Positions 8,407-17,148 of a stretch of DNA of 64,000 nt are shown here, in pieces. Source of the stretch: an uncultured Candidatus Saccharibacteria bacterium. Lineage in GTDB: Bacteria > Patescibacteriota > Saccharimonadia > Saccharimonadales > 2-12-FULL-41-12. The position numbers were made by a program, and so were the translations under genes. The notes beneath the pieces were generated by a model that made no database searches, had not been told where the DNA came from, and saw only the letters and a list, made by a program, of their open reading frames with translations. Location of the stretch: positions 673,421-737,420 of the forward strand of contig CAMTYB010000001.1 in the NCBI GenBank assembly GCA_947085855.1, given 5' to 3'. Positions within the stretch are counted from its first letter, which is position 1. The number at the start of each line of letters is the position of its first letter.

Positions 8407-9198
8407 TTAGGCGTGCTTACCGCAATATGAACAATATAAAAAGCGCTGTGGATTGGGTCGCCCGCAGTTGCGGCAGAACTTATTAATTCCGGTTGCACTC
8501 AGCCCACGACTTTCATCGATTCGCTGAGCTTTACGAAAGAAAACAAACAATAAGATATTCATAGTCACTGTAATGGCCAGAACAACCAGTATTGCCCAGG
8601 CTTCGCCACTAAATGCTGCTAGATCAAATACGCCATGAATAAAGATGGCGGTCAGGTATGCTGCAAAGACAGTGAGCCATGACTTGCCCAATACCTTCTT
8701 TTGTATCAAATATGCTCCAAATGTACAGGTGAAAGCAGCATGTAGATACGGAGAGAACAAAATACGAAGCAAGCCGACACCGCCACCAAACTGAAGCGTG
8801 TACATAATGTCCTCGATGATACCAAATGTCAAACCGACAATTCCAAAATAAATAATGCCATCAGTCAGCTCATTGAAGTACTTCTTTTTATAGATAAACA
8901 GCGCCAGTGGCAAAGCTTTAGCCGACTCCTCAATTAGACCAACCATAAAAGCGGCATAGACGAGCGTGCCAAGTGCTGGCTTTGGAAGTTCTGGGTTCTC
9001 CATGGCCTCAAATATTTCATTCGGAATTAAGAAGTAATTGAGGGTGCCTGCAATCCCGAGTGCCAAAAAGCCAAAACCCATAGCAGCAAACAAGGCAGTA
9101 ATGGGCTCTTTGGTGCCAAAATCTCGCTGAATAATGAAGCGAATAAACAAGTAAACAACTACAGCAAAGGCAATTAAAGCGAGCAATAGTACAAACAT
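8407..9198 (-). CDS. PrsW-family intramembrane protease with C-terminal zinc ribbon
   Basis: Polytopic protein with the conserved PrsW motifs (LIEESAKAL, HAAFTCTFG, HGVFD). The C-terminus is FCRNCGRPNPQRFLYCSYCGK. Confidence 0.7.
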   Translation of the reverse strand: MFVLLLALIAFAVVVYLFIRFIIQRDFGTKEPITALFAAMGFGFLALGIAGTLNYFLIPNEIFEAMENPELPKPALGTLVYAAFMVGLIEESAKALPLALFIYKKKYFNELTDGIIYFGIVGLTFGIIEDIMYTLQFGGGVGLLRILFSPYLHAAFTCTFGAYLIQKKVLGKSWLTVFAAYLTAIFIHGVFDLAAFSGEAWAILVVLAITVTMNILLFVFFRKAQRIDESRGLSATGINKFCRNCGRPNPQRFLYCSYCGKHA

Positions 9199-9280
9199 GC
9201 CACTAGTTTACCAGTTTCTATTGCCAAGGGAACAGCTGCTAATTGTAAAAATTGACATAGTATGGTATAATTGCGCAATT

Positions 9281-10054
9281 ATGAGTAGAGATCAAGAGGT
9301 TTCAGGTGAGTTACGTACCCGGGCTAATACTTTAGCGGCCACTGCAGCTAGCGCAATGGCAGAAATTGATCCTGTTGTAGTGCCTGATGAAATTCTACTT
9401 GGCGGTAAGCCAGCGGCAGTCTCACTGCTTGCTGAAGGCTACGGTAGCCTTACTGATATACGTGCGATTGATCGTGATGACCTTCTGGATCTAGACGAGC
9501 TTTCGGTAACGGAGCTTATAAGAGGCACAAGGGCATCTAATAATGACCGTGCTCAAGCCACCAAACTTGGGCAGATCATAGCGGGTTCATCACTTTTTTA
9601 TGCGCCTGCATTTGCTGGCTACAGACTCGGTCATTCCTCTACTAGGGTTGGAACTGCGGATAGTGTATTGCTTGGTGATATAACCTTTGATCTTGATGCG
9701 ACTAATATAACGAAGCGCAACAAAAAAAGGTATGCAGAATATTGTTTAGCAGCTATGCATGGTTACGTTAGTCGCGCCTCTATTGGATCAAACGGTAAAA
9801 ATTATAGAGATGGTTTTGAGACTATTGAAGTACGACTTGATCTTTTTGGCTCTCGAGACAAAAAACTCAGCACCAGTCTAAAAGAAACTCGGCCCGATGA
9901 CCGAGATGGACTTGCGCAGCATCTTGAATCAGTCGTAGAGTTATCGCAGCTGGCTGTTGGCGCTATGACCGAGCGAGCAGAGCTAATTCGACGTCATGAG
10001 TCTTTGCCTGCACGAGCTCGCCGTCGACTCAGCCGAAGTGTTGCTTCGAACTAA
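9281..10054 (+). CDS. hypothetical protein
   Basis: ATG 9281 is preferred because the upstream part of the ORF overlaps the prsW-like start. TGgTATAAT (9263-9271) lies 9 nt upstream and there is no SD. No recognisable domain. Confidence 0.5.
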   Translation: MSRDQEVSGELRTRANTLAATAASAMAEIDPVVVPDEILLGGKPAAVSLLAEGYGSLTDIRAIDRDDLLDLDELSVTELIRGTRASNNDRAQATKLGQIIAGSSLFYAPAFAGYRLGHSSTRVGTADSVLLGDITFDLDATNITKRNKKRYAEYCLAAMHGYVSRASIGSNGKNYRDGFETIEVRLDLFGSRDKKLSTSLKETRPDDRDGLAQHLESVVELSQLAVGAMTERAELIRRHESLPARARRRLSRSVASN

Positions 10055-10114
10055 GCCAAATCGATTATCGTGCTTGCCTAGACAGCTTAGAGCGATGAAC
10101 ATAGAATATGTAAC

Positions 10115-10516
10115 ATGATTAATGCACTATCAAGTTTTGTTGTTGCTGGACTGGTTATGGGCACAATTGATGCTATATGGCTCAGCGTGGTTGCTAATAA
10201 ATTCTATAAAAGTCAGATTGGGCCATTGTTGCTTGATAAGCCGAATATGCTAGCTGCCGTGGCGTTCTATGTCATATATGTCGTTGGTATTGTGGCATTT
10301 GCAGTGTTGCCGGCACTTGACCGCGGTGCGTGGCAGTATGCATTGGGATACGGCGCGTTGCTTGGTTTTGTTGCTTATGCAACCTACGATTTAACAAATC
10401 TTGCCACACTCAAAGGTTTTACTTCAAAGCTTGTCGCGGTTGATTTACTATGGGGAACGGTATTAACCGCAACCGTTTCAGTCGTGACTTACTTTATTGT
10501 AAAAACATGGGTGTAG
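10115..10516 (+). CDS. DUF2177 family membrane protein
   Basis: 133 aa with 4 TM helices. The N-terminus VVAGLVMGTIDAIWLSVVANKFYKSQIGPLL is typical of DUF2177. Confidence 0.6.
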   Translation: MINALSSFVVAGLVMGTIDAIWLSVVANKFYKSQIGPLLLDKPNMLAAVAFYVIYVVGIVAFAVLPALDRGAWQYALGYGALLGFVAYATYDLTNLATLKGFTSKLVAVDLLWGTVLTATVSVVTYFIVKTWV

Positions 10517-10555
10517 TCAGGGTATCGGCCCACTTGTGAGCTGTAAACCTGTTTA

Positions 10556-10583
10556 GAAAAATAAAAACCATTCCTGCGAATGG
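10556..10583 (-). terminator. rho-independent terminator of tRNA-Gly
   Basis: CCATTC (10568-10573) / GAATGG (10578-10583). On the minus strand the stem is followed by TTTTTATTTTT. Confidence 0.7.
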
Positions 10584-10600
10584 TCATTCATGTTTCTAAC

Positions 10601-10675
10601 TGGTGCGGGTGCGGAGAATCGAACTCCGATCGCCAGTTTGGAAAACTGGAGTACTAGCCGTTGTACGACACCCGC
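10601..10675 (-). tRNA. tRNA-Gly (anticodon TCC), CCA encoded
   Basis: The reverse complement folds as GCGGGTG tc GTAC aacggcta GTAC t CCAGT ttTCCaa ACTGG cgat CGGAG ttcgatt CTCCG CACCCGC A CCA. Confidence 0.9.
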
Positions 10676-10708
10676 TAATAACACTAATTGACTTAGTTTA
10701 ACACGGCC

Positions 10709-11374
10709 TTATGATCGTTCAAGCACGCCGGCCATCCATCCGTTAAGTCGTCGGTAGAGTCTAACACCTTTATTCGGGTCTCCGCAACTCGCTACTCTCA
10801 AGTGCGCTGTGCCATATGGGAGTCTGCCACGTTTTGCCATTTTTTTATTTTTTCTTCGGTCAATCTGGGTTTTTCTGAAGTTTCCCCTTGGCAGTCCAGA
10901 TATTTCTTGCCAATATTTAATGCAGGCTTCTTCGTCGTGATCTGGATAGATATGTAAAGCTAGGGTTATATTTTTATCATCTAGCTCACAAATTTCTTTT
11001 AGCCATTTGACCCCTAGTCGAATGACAGCTGGGTCAGAGTTAATGATCCTTATATCCTCAGTGGTTTTAGAGCCTTCACCGATGTAAAGACCGACGCCCA
11101 CAAGCCATAGATCTCGCTTGCTAAGTTTTCCAATTTCTTTAATGCCTTCGGTCTTTAGCTCCGAGATTTGCTTTACGCGTGCGTTGTGACGCCTTAATCC
11201 AACTTGTTGATTATTTTTTGAAACACGGTCCAGGACCTGCTTATTTGGTGTAAATTTTTTATCCCTAAACCAATAACTCATTGTACTTTTAGAGATGCCA
11301 AGCTCTTTGTTAATCAACGAGTACGAGTAGCCGTCGGCTCGCATTTTTTCTGCCTTACCTCGTAGTTCGTTCAT
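10709..11374 (-). CDS. HTH + LAGLIDADG-like (homing-endonuclease-like) protein
   Basis: N-terminal resolvase/terminase-style HTH (GYSYSLINKELGISKSTMSYWF). The motif LWLVGVGLYIGEGSK resembles the LAGLIDADG/GxxxGEGS motif, followed by INSDP...WL. The gene looks AT-richer than its neighbours and sits 34 nt from tRNA-Gly. Confidence 0.45.
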   Translation of the reverse strand: MNELRGKAEKMRADGYSYSLINKELGISKSTMSYWFRDKKFTPNKQVLDRVSKNNQQVGLRRHNARVKQISELKTEGIKEIGKLSKRDLWLVGVGLYIGEGSKTTEDIRIINSDPAVIRLGVKWLKEICELDDKNITLALHIYPDHDEEACIKYWQEISGLPRGNFRKTQIDRRKNKKMAKRGRLPYGTAHLRVASCGDPNKGVRLYRRLNGWMAGVLERS

Positions 11375-11444
11375 TATACTATTATATCAAGCATGTAATG
11401 CAGGTTCAATTGTTGTATGCAAATGATCAGTTGAATTTTGGTTA

Positions 11445-12965
11445 TTAGATGTCGTGCAGGATTTCGATTTTGGCACCGAGTTTGTTGAGTCGCTCGGCGA
11501 GGTATTCGTAGCCGCGATTAATTGAATAGACATTACGCAACATTGAGGTGCCGTTGGCGCTGAGCATGCCGATTAGTAAGATTACGGCTGGGCGCAGGGC
11601 AGGTGGGCAAACGATGTCGGCGACGTGCCATTTGGTTGGTCCATCTATGTAGGCACGGTGCGGATCGGCTAGGGTTACGTTGACGCCAAGTTTGCGCATC
11701 TCAGTGTAGTACAGAGCACGTTCTTCGTAGACCCAGTCGTGGATGAGGGTGCGACCTTTGGCAACGGCTGCGATGGGCACGAAGTAGGGGAGGTTATCAA
11801 TGTTGAGGCCGGGATACGGTCGAGCGTAGACCTTTTCTTCCAGGGCAACTAATTTTCCACCGTGCTTGTGAACAGTGATATCTGCCAGGAGGCTGTAGCC
11901 GTTATTGGCTTTATAGGGTTCGCTGACGGTGAATTGCATTCCCATCTTCTTAAGTTTCAAGAGCTCAAGCTCTAGGAACTCAATTGGTGAACGAGTAATT
12001 GTGATTTCCGAGTTGGTGGCAATCGCTGCTGCGATGAATGTCATTGACTCAATTGGGTCCTCACTCGGACTGTAGGTAACGTTCTTCTTAATTTCTTTGA
12101 CACCACGGACTTTGAGCGTGCTGGTGCCGATGCCTTCAATTTTTACTCCCAGCTTCTTAAGGAAGTAACAGAGGTCTTGCACCATGTAGTTGGCGCTGGC
12201 CATTTTAATTATTACTTCGTGTTCTTTGCGAGCAGCAGCCATCAGCACGTTTTCGGTGGTAGTGTCACCAGACTCGTACAAAACGATTTGACTGGGTTCT
12301 TTGTGGTCGACCGTGACGTGGTAGTGGCCTGTCTTGGCAACTATGTCGACGCCAAATTCTTCGAGTGCAAACAGATGAGGCTGGACGGTTCGAGTGCCAA
12401 GCTTGCAGCCACCTGCATATGGAATTTTGAAATCATCAAACAAATGCATGAGGGGGCCAAACAACATGATGACGCTACGGGTCTTACGAGCAGCGGCTTT
12501 ATCCATGTTATCGAGCTGTAGAACGTCTGGTGGCTTGATCTCCAGGTCATTGTTGGCGAGCCATCGGACTTTGACACCGATACTGACGAGAACTTCGATC
12601 AGGCGGTTAACTTCCTCAATGCGAGGCATGCGGCGCAGGCGCGTCGTACCTTTGTTGAGGAGAGCGGCAAACAACAGGCAAACTGCAGCGTTCTTAGAAA
12701 CCTTAGTTTCTACGCTACCGCTTAACTCGTGGCCGCCTTCGATGCGGAGGTTCACAGCACCGCCACCGAGGCTGATGATTTGCTTGTTAAGAACGTCGCT
12801 GATGCGACCAAGTGTTTCGAGACTGAGGTTTTGACGGCCCTTTTCAATCCGGTTAACGGCACTCTGACTGGTATTGAGGCGCCGGGCGAATTCGACTTGC
12901 GTGAGGCCTCTTTCTTGCCTTATCTGATAAATAAGTTGGCCAATCTTCTGGTTGGTTGTCATCAT
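11445..12965 (-). CDS. murA: UDP-N-acetylglucosamine 1-carboxyvinyltransferase (MurA) with an N-terminal XRE-type HTH domain
   Basis: Residues 1-65 form an XRE HTH (IGQLIYQIRQERGLTQVEFARRLNTSQSAVNRIEKG). The remainder is full-length MurA (NLRIEGGHELSGSV...SKNAAV...AGGCKLGTRTVQPH, which contains the catalytic Cys loop...YINRGYE). Confidence 0.85.
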   Translation of the reverse strand: MMTTNQKIGQLIYQIRQERGLTQVEFARRLNTSQSAVNRIEKGRQNLSLETLGRISDVLNKQIISLGGGAVNLRIEGGHELSGSVETKVSKNAAVCLLFAALLNKGTTRLRRMPRIEEVNRLIEVLVSIGVKVRWLANNDLEIKPPDVLQLDNMDKAAARKTRSVIMLFGPLMHLFDDFKIPYAGGCKLGTRTVQPHLFALEEFGVDIVAKTGHYHVTVDHKEPSQIVLYESGDTTTENVLMAAARKEHEVIIKMASANYMVQDLCYFLKKLGVKIEGIGTSTLKVRGVKEIKKNVTYSPSEDPIESMTFIAAAIATNSEITITRSPIEFLELELLKLKKMGMQFTVSEPYKANNGYSLLADITVHKHGGKLVALEEKVYARPYPGLNIDNLPYFVPIAAVAKGRTLIHDWVYEERALYYTEMRKLGVNVTLADPHRAYIDGPTKWHVADIVCPPALRPAVILLIGMLSANGTSMLRNVYSINRGYEYLAERLNKLGAKIEILHDI

Positions 12966-13182
12966 ATGATTTTAATATATCAAATATGGTATTAAATGTC
13001 TAATAGTTTTTATTGCAAACTTTTGCTGTTTTGACCAGAAAATTTATGAAGTGCAATGTTGATTGTCAATCGGGCCGACCATTAGCTACAATAGGGAAAT
13101 GATCTAGCTTGTATTATATGACCCAATCGACCCAACCCACAACGGGATTTTTTACAACTATTCAAATACAAGCGAGGAAACT

Positions 13183-14460
13183 ATGGAAGATACAATAATT
13201 GCCGACATTATTGCCGCCGAGGAGCAACGCCAACGAGCTGGCTTAGAGCTGATACCAAGTGAGAATTATGTAAGTGCCAGTGTCCTCAAAGCCTCAGGCA
13301 GCATACTGACAAATAAATACTCAGAAGGGTATCCGGGCAAACGCTACTATGGCGGCCAGGAAAACACCGACAAAATTGAGCAACTGGCCATTGATCGAGC
13401 CAAGGCGCTCTTTAACGCTGACCATGCCAACGTGCAGCCACATTCCGGAGCGCCGGCTAACATCGCTGTCTACCAGGCATGGCTTGAGCCTGGTGACACC
13501 GTGATGGGCATGAAACTCGATCATGGCGGACACCTGACGCACGGACATCCCGTAACCAGTTCGGCCAAGCTTTATAATTTTGTGCGTTATGGCATTAAAG
13601 ATGTTGAAACTGGCGAAATTGATTTTGACGAAATGTACGCAGTAGCCAAAAAGGAGAAACCCAAGATCATCTTGGCGGGCTTTAGCGGCTATCCGCGAAA
13701 TCTGGACTACCAGAAGTTTGCCGATATCGGCAATGAGGTCGGAGCAGTGTTGATGGCTGACATGGCTCACATTGCTGGCTTGATCGCCGGCGGCGTGTCT
13801 CCAAATCCGTTTGATTTTGGCTTTCACATTATTACTTCCACTACACACAAGACGTTACGTGGCCCGCGTGGAGGTTTAATCTTGAGTAGGGGAACCGTGG
13901 GTAATCCGCTGAAGAAGCCAGAGAAAACGGTTGAGAATTTGCCGACACTGATTGACCGAGAAGTCTTTCCTGGTTTCCAAGGAGGCCCGCACATGCATAC
14001 AATTGCTGCCAAAGCAGTAGCCTTTGGCGAGGCGGCACGACCAGAATTTAAGCAATACGCGGCCCAAATTGTGGCTAATGCTAAGGTACTCGCCGATGAA
14101 ATGATGAAGCGAGGTTTCAAGCTCGTAACTAATGGCACCGATAACCACTTAATTTTGGCGGATGTAATGACGTCATTCAAAATTGATGGCAATGAGGCCG
14201 AAGTGGCAATCGATAAGATTGGCCTGACGCTTAACAAGAATGCAATTCCAAATGATACCTTGCCGCCATTTCGGCCGAGCGGCATTCGACTCGGTACACC
14301 GGCTATCACGACACGAGGCCTAAAAGAAGAACACATGGCGCAGGTTGCCGAATGGATGCTTCAGGCAATTCAGAAACGAAATGACGACAAGGCGCTTGAA
14401 GCAATTGCTGCTGAGGTCAAAGAATTTGCCCTGCAGTTCCCACTGCCAAGTGACAGATAA
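13183..14460 (+). CDS. glyA: serine hydroxymethyltransferase
   Basis: ELIPSENYVSASVL...NKYSEGYPGKRYYGG...TSTTHKTLRGPRGG, which contains the PLP lysine motif. SD GAGGAA upstream. Confidence 0.95.
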   Translation: MEDTIIADIIAAEEQRQRAGLELIPSENYVSASVLKASGSILTNKYSEGYPGKRYYGGQENTDKIEQLAIDRAKALFNADHANVQPHSGAPANIAVYQAWLEPGDTVMGMKLDHGGHLTHGHPVTSSAKLYNFVRYGIKDVETGEIDFDEMYAVAKKEKPKIILAGFSGYPRNLDYQKFADIGNEVGAVLMADMAHIAGLIAGGVSPNPFDFGFHIITSTTHKTLRGPRGGLILSRGTVGNPLKKPEKTVENLPTLIDREVFPGFQGGPHMHTIAAKAVAFGEAARPEFKQYAAQIVANAKVLADEMMKRGFKLVTNGTDNHLILADVMTSFKIDGNEAEVAIDKIGLTLNKNAIPNDTLPPFRPSGIRLGTPAITTRGLKEEHMAQVAEWMLQAIQKRNDDKALEAIAAEVKEFALQFPLPSDR

Positions 14461-14464
14461 CAGA

Positions 14465-15154
14465 CTAGTGTTTATTGTTTGAAGTTAAGTACGAAAGGCC
14501 GAGGCTAACCAGTACAGTTAAGCCGGTCATCGCGACGACTCGCCCCGGAGTTATAAAAGATGAGTCTGCCGCCTGGTCTTTATTCTTGAGCACACGTCGT
14601 GAGGGCTGCTGTCCTAAAAGCTCCAGGAAGTTATTCATGTCGTCTTCGTACGCATTTTCAAAACGGCGGAGTTCATAAAGGAGCCATCTTTCTCGCTCTG
14701 CCTCGGTGGTGTCGTCAAAGCCAGGGTTTATCTGACGGATAATATCTTCATCTTCAATGCCTAAATCTTCAGCTGTAAAGAACGGGTGATCTGCTTTATC
14801 GAAGCCGTGAAAGCCCAAGATATCATCGAGGATGTCGCAATGGCTTATGTACTCGCCAATTTGAATTCCTTTTAGAAGTTCTGTTTTTCTATCGTAAGAA
14901 AGGTCTGAATCAATGACATAACTAAAAAGTGGTTCGTATGACTCAGTTACGTCATCGGCGCTCTCTTGGGCTCGCAGCAAAAGTTCTTGACCTGGATGGT
15001 CTACGTAATTTGCAAGCTTTCTGGCAAAAGCCTCACGGCGCTCATCAATTGTACCTATAATTGATGCTTCGCTCGCAGGATCTAATTCAAAGGGTGTCCA
15101 GTCTTCGTGTTGATGCCATCCGGTATCAACGGCTTCCTGGTGCGATTTGCTCAT
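14465..15154 (-). CDS. hypothetical acidic protein with a C-terminal TM anchor
   Basis: 229 aa, strongly acidic and helical, ending in the single TM helix VVAMTGLTVLVSLGLSYL. No recognised domain. Confidence 0.5.
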   Translation of the reverse strand: MSKSHQEAVDTGWHQHEDWTPFELDPASEASIIGTIDERREAFARKLANYVDHPGQELLLRAQESADDVTESYEPLFSYVIDSDLSYDRKTELLKGIQIGEYISHCDILDDILGFHGFDKADHPFFTAEDLGIEDEDIIRQINPGFDDTTEAERERWLLYELRRFENAYEDDMNNFLELLGQQPSRRVLKNKDQAADSSFITPGRVVAMTGLTVLVSLGLSYLTSNNKH

Positions 15155-15198
15155 ATTCAGGATTATGGTCCAATATGTTGAGATTGTAAACAGTATTT

Positions 15199-16227
15199 TT
15201 AAATCAATTCAGGTTCTTGTTCCAGCATGATGCCAAATTTTTGCTGAGCGGCCGCAATAATTGCATCCCGAAATGCCAGTAGTGAAGCCGTGTTTGGGGC
15301 TTTCTCATTCACAAAAACCAAAGCCTGCTTATCCCATATAGCCATGCCGGTATTTGGCTCTCGGTAGCCTTTAAGACCGAGTTGTTCGAGCAGCCAGCCC
15401 GCCGAAACTTTTACCCGCCCATCATTGGTCATCCAGTGCTGGATGGTAGGGAACTTCTGTTGTAATTCAGCAAATTCGTCAGCGTCTATAATTGGATTGC
15501 CAAAGAAGGAGCCGCAGTTGGCAACTTTGGCTGGATCGGGGAGTTTGCTCGTGCGAATTGCAATGACTGCTTTCCGAATTTGAGCTGACGTTGGTCGCTT
15601 GATGTTGTGCTCGGTCAAATAATTTTCAACCGACTTATAAAAGGGTGGTAGGGGGGCATTTTTGGTCAATGAAAGCGTAACCGAGGTGATAAAAAAGCGC
15701 CCACGGTCAGCGGTTTTGAAGCGGCTCGTGCGATAGGCGAAGCCGCAGTCATCCTTAGGGATAATCACCATTTTTTTGGCTTGTTTGTCATAGGCCTGGA
15801 CGCACACGAGTACGTCAGAAATTTCGCGTCCGTACGCTCCAACGTTCTGAACCGGAGTTGCGCCGGTCGTACCTGGTACGAGGGATAATTGTTCAATGCC
15901 CGACAGCTCTTCGAGTACTGTTCTGGCGACCACGCTATCCCATGGTTCACCGGCACCGACGGTCAGAAAACTTTGTTCACCTTGATGCTGCACTTCGTAG
16001 CCAGCTATTTTATTTACTAATACTAAGCCGTTGTAGCCAGCATCATTCCAGATGATGTTACTACCAGAACCGATCATAATAACCGGTAGCTGCTTAGCTT
16101 CGGCCCAGGCAATAGCTGGCGCAATTTGGCCAGGCTCAGTTATGTCCAGTAAATAAGCGGCATTGCCGCCGAGACGCATGGTGGAGTGATCTTTTAAAGA
16201 AATGTTTGTTTGCGGAGACAGGTCCAT
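15199..16227 (-). CDS. murB: UDP-N-acetylenolpyruvoylglucosamine reductase
   Basis: FAD-binding PCMH domain (TMRLGGNAAYL...IGSGSNII) and MurB C-terminal domain (GSFFGNP...SAGWLLEQLGLKG). Confidence 0.85.
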   Translation of the reverse strand: MDLSPQTNISLKDHSTMRLGGNAAYLLDITEPGQIAPAIAWAEAKQLPVIMIGSGSNIIWNDAGYNGLVLVNKIAGYEVQHQGEQSFLTVGAGEPWDSVVARTVLEELSGIEQLSLVPGTTGATPVQNVGAYGREISDVLVCVQAYDKQAKKMVIIPKDDCGFAYRTSRFKTADRGRFFITSVTLSLTKNAPLPPFYKSVENYLTEHNIKRPTSAQIRKAVIAIRTSKLPDPAKVANCGSFFGNPIIDADEFAELQQKFPTIQHWMTNDGRVKVSAGWLLEQLGLKGYREPNTGMAIWDKQALVFVNEKAPNTASLLAFRDAIIAAAQQKFGIMLEQEPELI

Positions 16228-16316
16228 GTCCTCTAATTATAGCTTAAATGATGTAATTATTATTCTAGAAAATGCTTAAACTTGAATGATTACCCAGACA
16301 GGCGTAGCATGGAATT

Positions 16317-16862
16317 ATGAGCGCACACGAAAAATCAAACCAATACAAAGCGTTGGGGACTCGACTAAAGTTTCTGCGCGAACAATGGCAGCAAACAATT
16401 AAAGATGTCAGCCAAACCTTAGAGATTGACGAAAAGGCACTACGAGCCTTTGAGTCTGGCAAGGTTTTGCCGTCACCCGAAGTGCTTGATATGCTGATTA
16501 GCCACTTTTTACTTACCGAAGATCAAGCCCAAGACCTTCGTGAACTTGCCGAGGATCAACACCAAGCCAGCGAAGCAAGCACGAGTACTGCCATTGAAGA
16601 TCTACTAGCAAAACAGCTTGTCATGTTTATGCCAGTCGACTCCCGGATTGTCTATACTGATTCTATGCAAGCTACCGTTACCGATAACGGCGTCATGATG
16701 CAATTTATGCAACAGTCAAGCGGTGGCCAAAGTTTACCTGTTAGCCGCGTCGGTATGAGCCGAGAGCACGCCGAAAAAGTCATTGAAGTACTGCAAAACA
16801 CTTTGCGACACCACGACACGCATAACGGCGAGAAAAAAGAACTCTCCTCAACCGACAATTAA
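16317..16862 (+). CDS. XRE-family HTH protein
   Basis: The N-terminus LGTRLKFLREQWQQTIKDVSQTLEIDEKALRAFESG resembles an HTH_3 domain. The C-terminal 100 aa are uncharacterised. Confidence 0.55.
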   Translation: MSAHEKSNQYKALGTRLKFLREQWQQTIKDVSQTLEIDEKALRAFESGKVLPSPEVLDMLISHFLLTEDQAQDLRELAEDQHQASEASTSTAIEDLLAKQLVMFMPVDSRIVYTDSMQATVTDNGVMMQFMQQSSGGQSLPVSRVGMSREHAEKVIEVLQNTLRHHDTHNGEKKELSSTDN

Positions 16863-16937
16863 TATATCGTTCTTTCTTGATAGATATATATCGTTCCGTG
16901 ATCAAGCCAAGCACTTATTGGCATAAAAATATCGTTG
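16863..16937 (+). repeat. three direct copies of ATATCGTT (TATATCGTTC x2, AATATCGTTG x1)
   Basis: Copies lie at 16863-16872, 16887-16896 and 16928-16937. They fall between the XRE gene stop and the rpf-like gene promoter. Confidence 0.6.
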
Positions 16938-16971
16938 AATTTATTACAATGACACCATTACTGATATAGAT

Positions 16972-16999
16972 TTGACTTATATTTTTCGTTTAGTATGAT
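16972..16999 (+). promoter_or_regulatory. sigma70-like promoter of the rpf-like gene (TTGACT-16-TATGAT), giving a 5' UTR of about 140 nt
   Basis: TTGACT at 16972-16977 and TATGAT at 16994-16999. The UTR contains a long-range stem GTACCCT (17050-17056) / AGGGTAC (17114-17120). Confidence 0.45.
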
Positions 17000-17148
17000 G
17001 AGAATTCGTGTTTTTCATTTTTGAGGTGGAAAACACATACCATCCCGACGTACCCTGACTTAGCGATTTAGCAATCGAAAACGATAAAAAGTTAATCAAT
17101 AGACAACAACTTGAGGGTACATTTAACGGGGGTTAAGAGGAGGAAACA

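Noticed and set aside
13321-14336. Long antisense ORFs (175 aa and 170 aa) inside glyA. There are similar antisense ORFs inside murA (12177-12834), the giant gene (23360-26740), the histidine kinase (33484-34790), pgk, pcrA and pncB.
   Set aside because: The sense-strand proteins are unmistakable conserved enzymes. The antisense ORFs lack starts with RBS and have an arbitrary composition.
16990-17148. Cyclic-di-AMP (ydaO-type) riboswitch upstream of the Rpf-like gene
   Set aside because: Context made it attractive, but only scattered fragments are found (GGTGGAAAAC, CCCGACG...CTGACTTAGCG, ACGGGGGTT). They are in the wrong order relative to the ydaO consensus. I left it as an unclassified structured leader pending a covariance-model scan.
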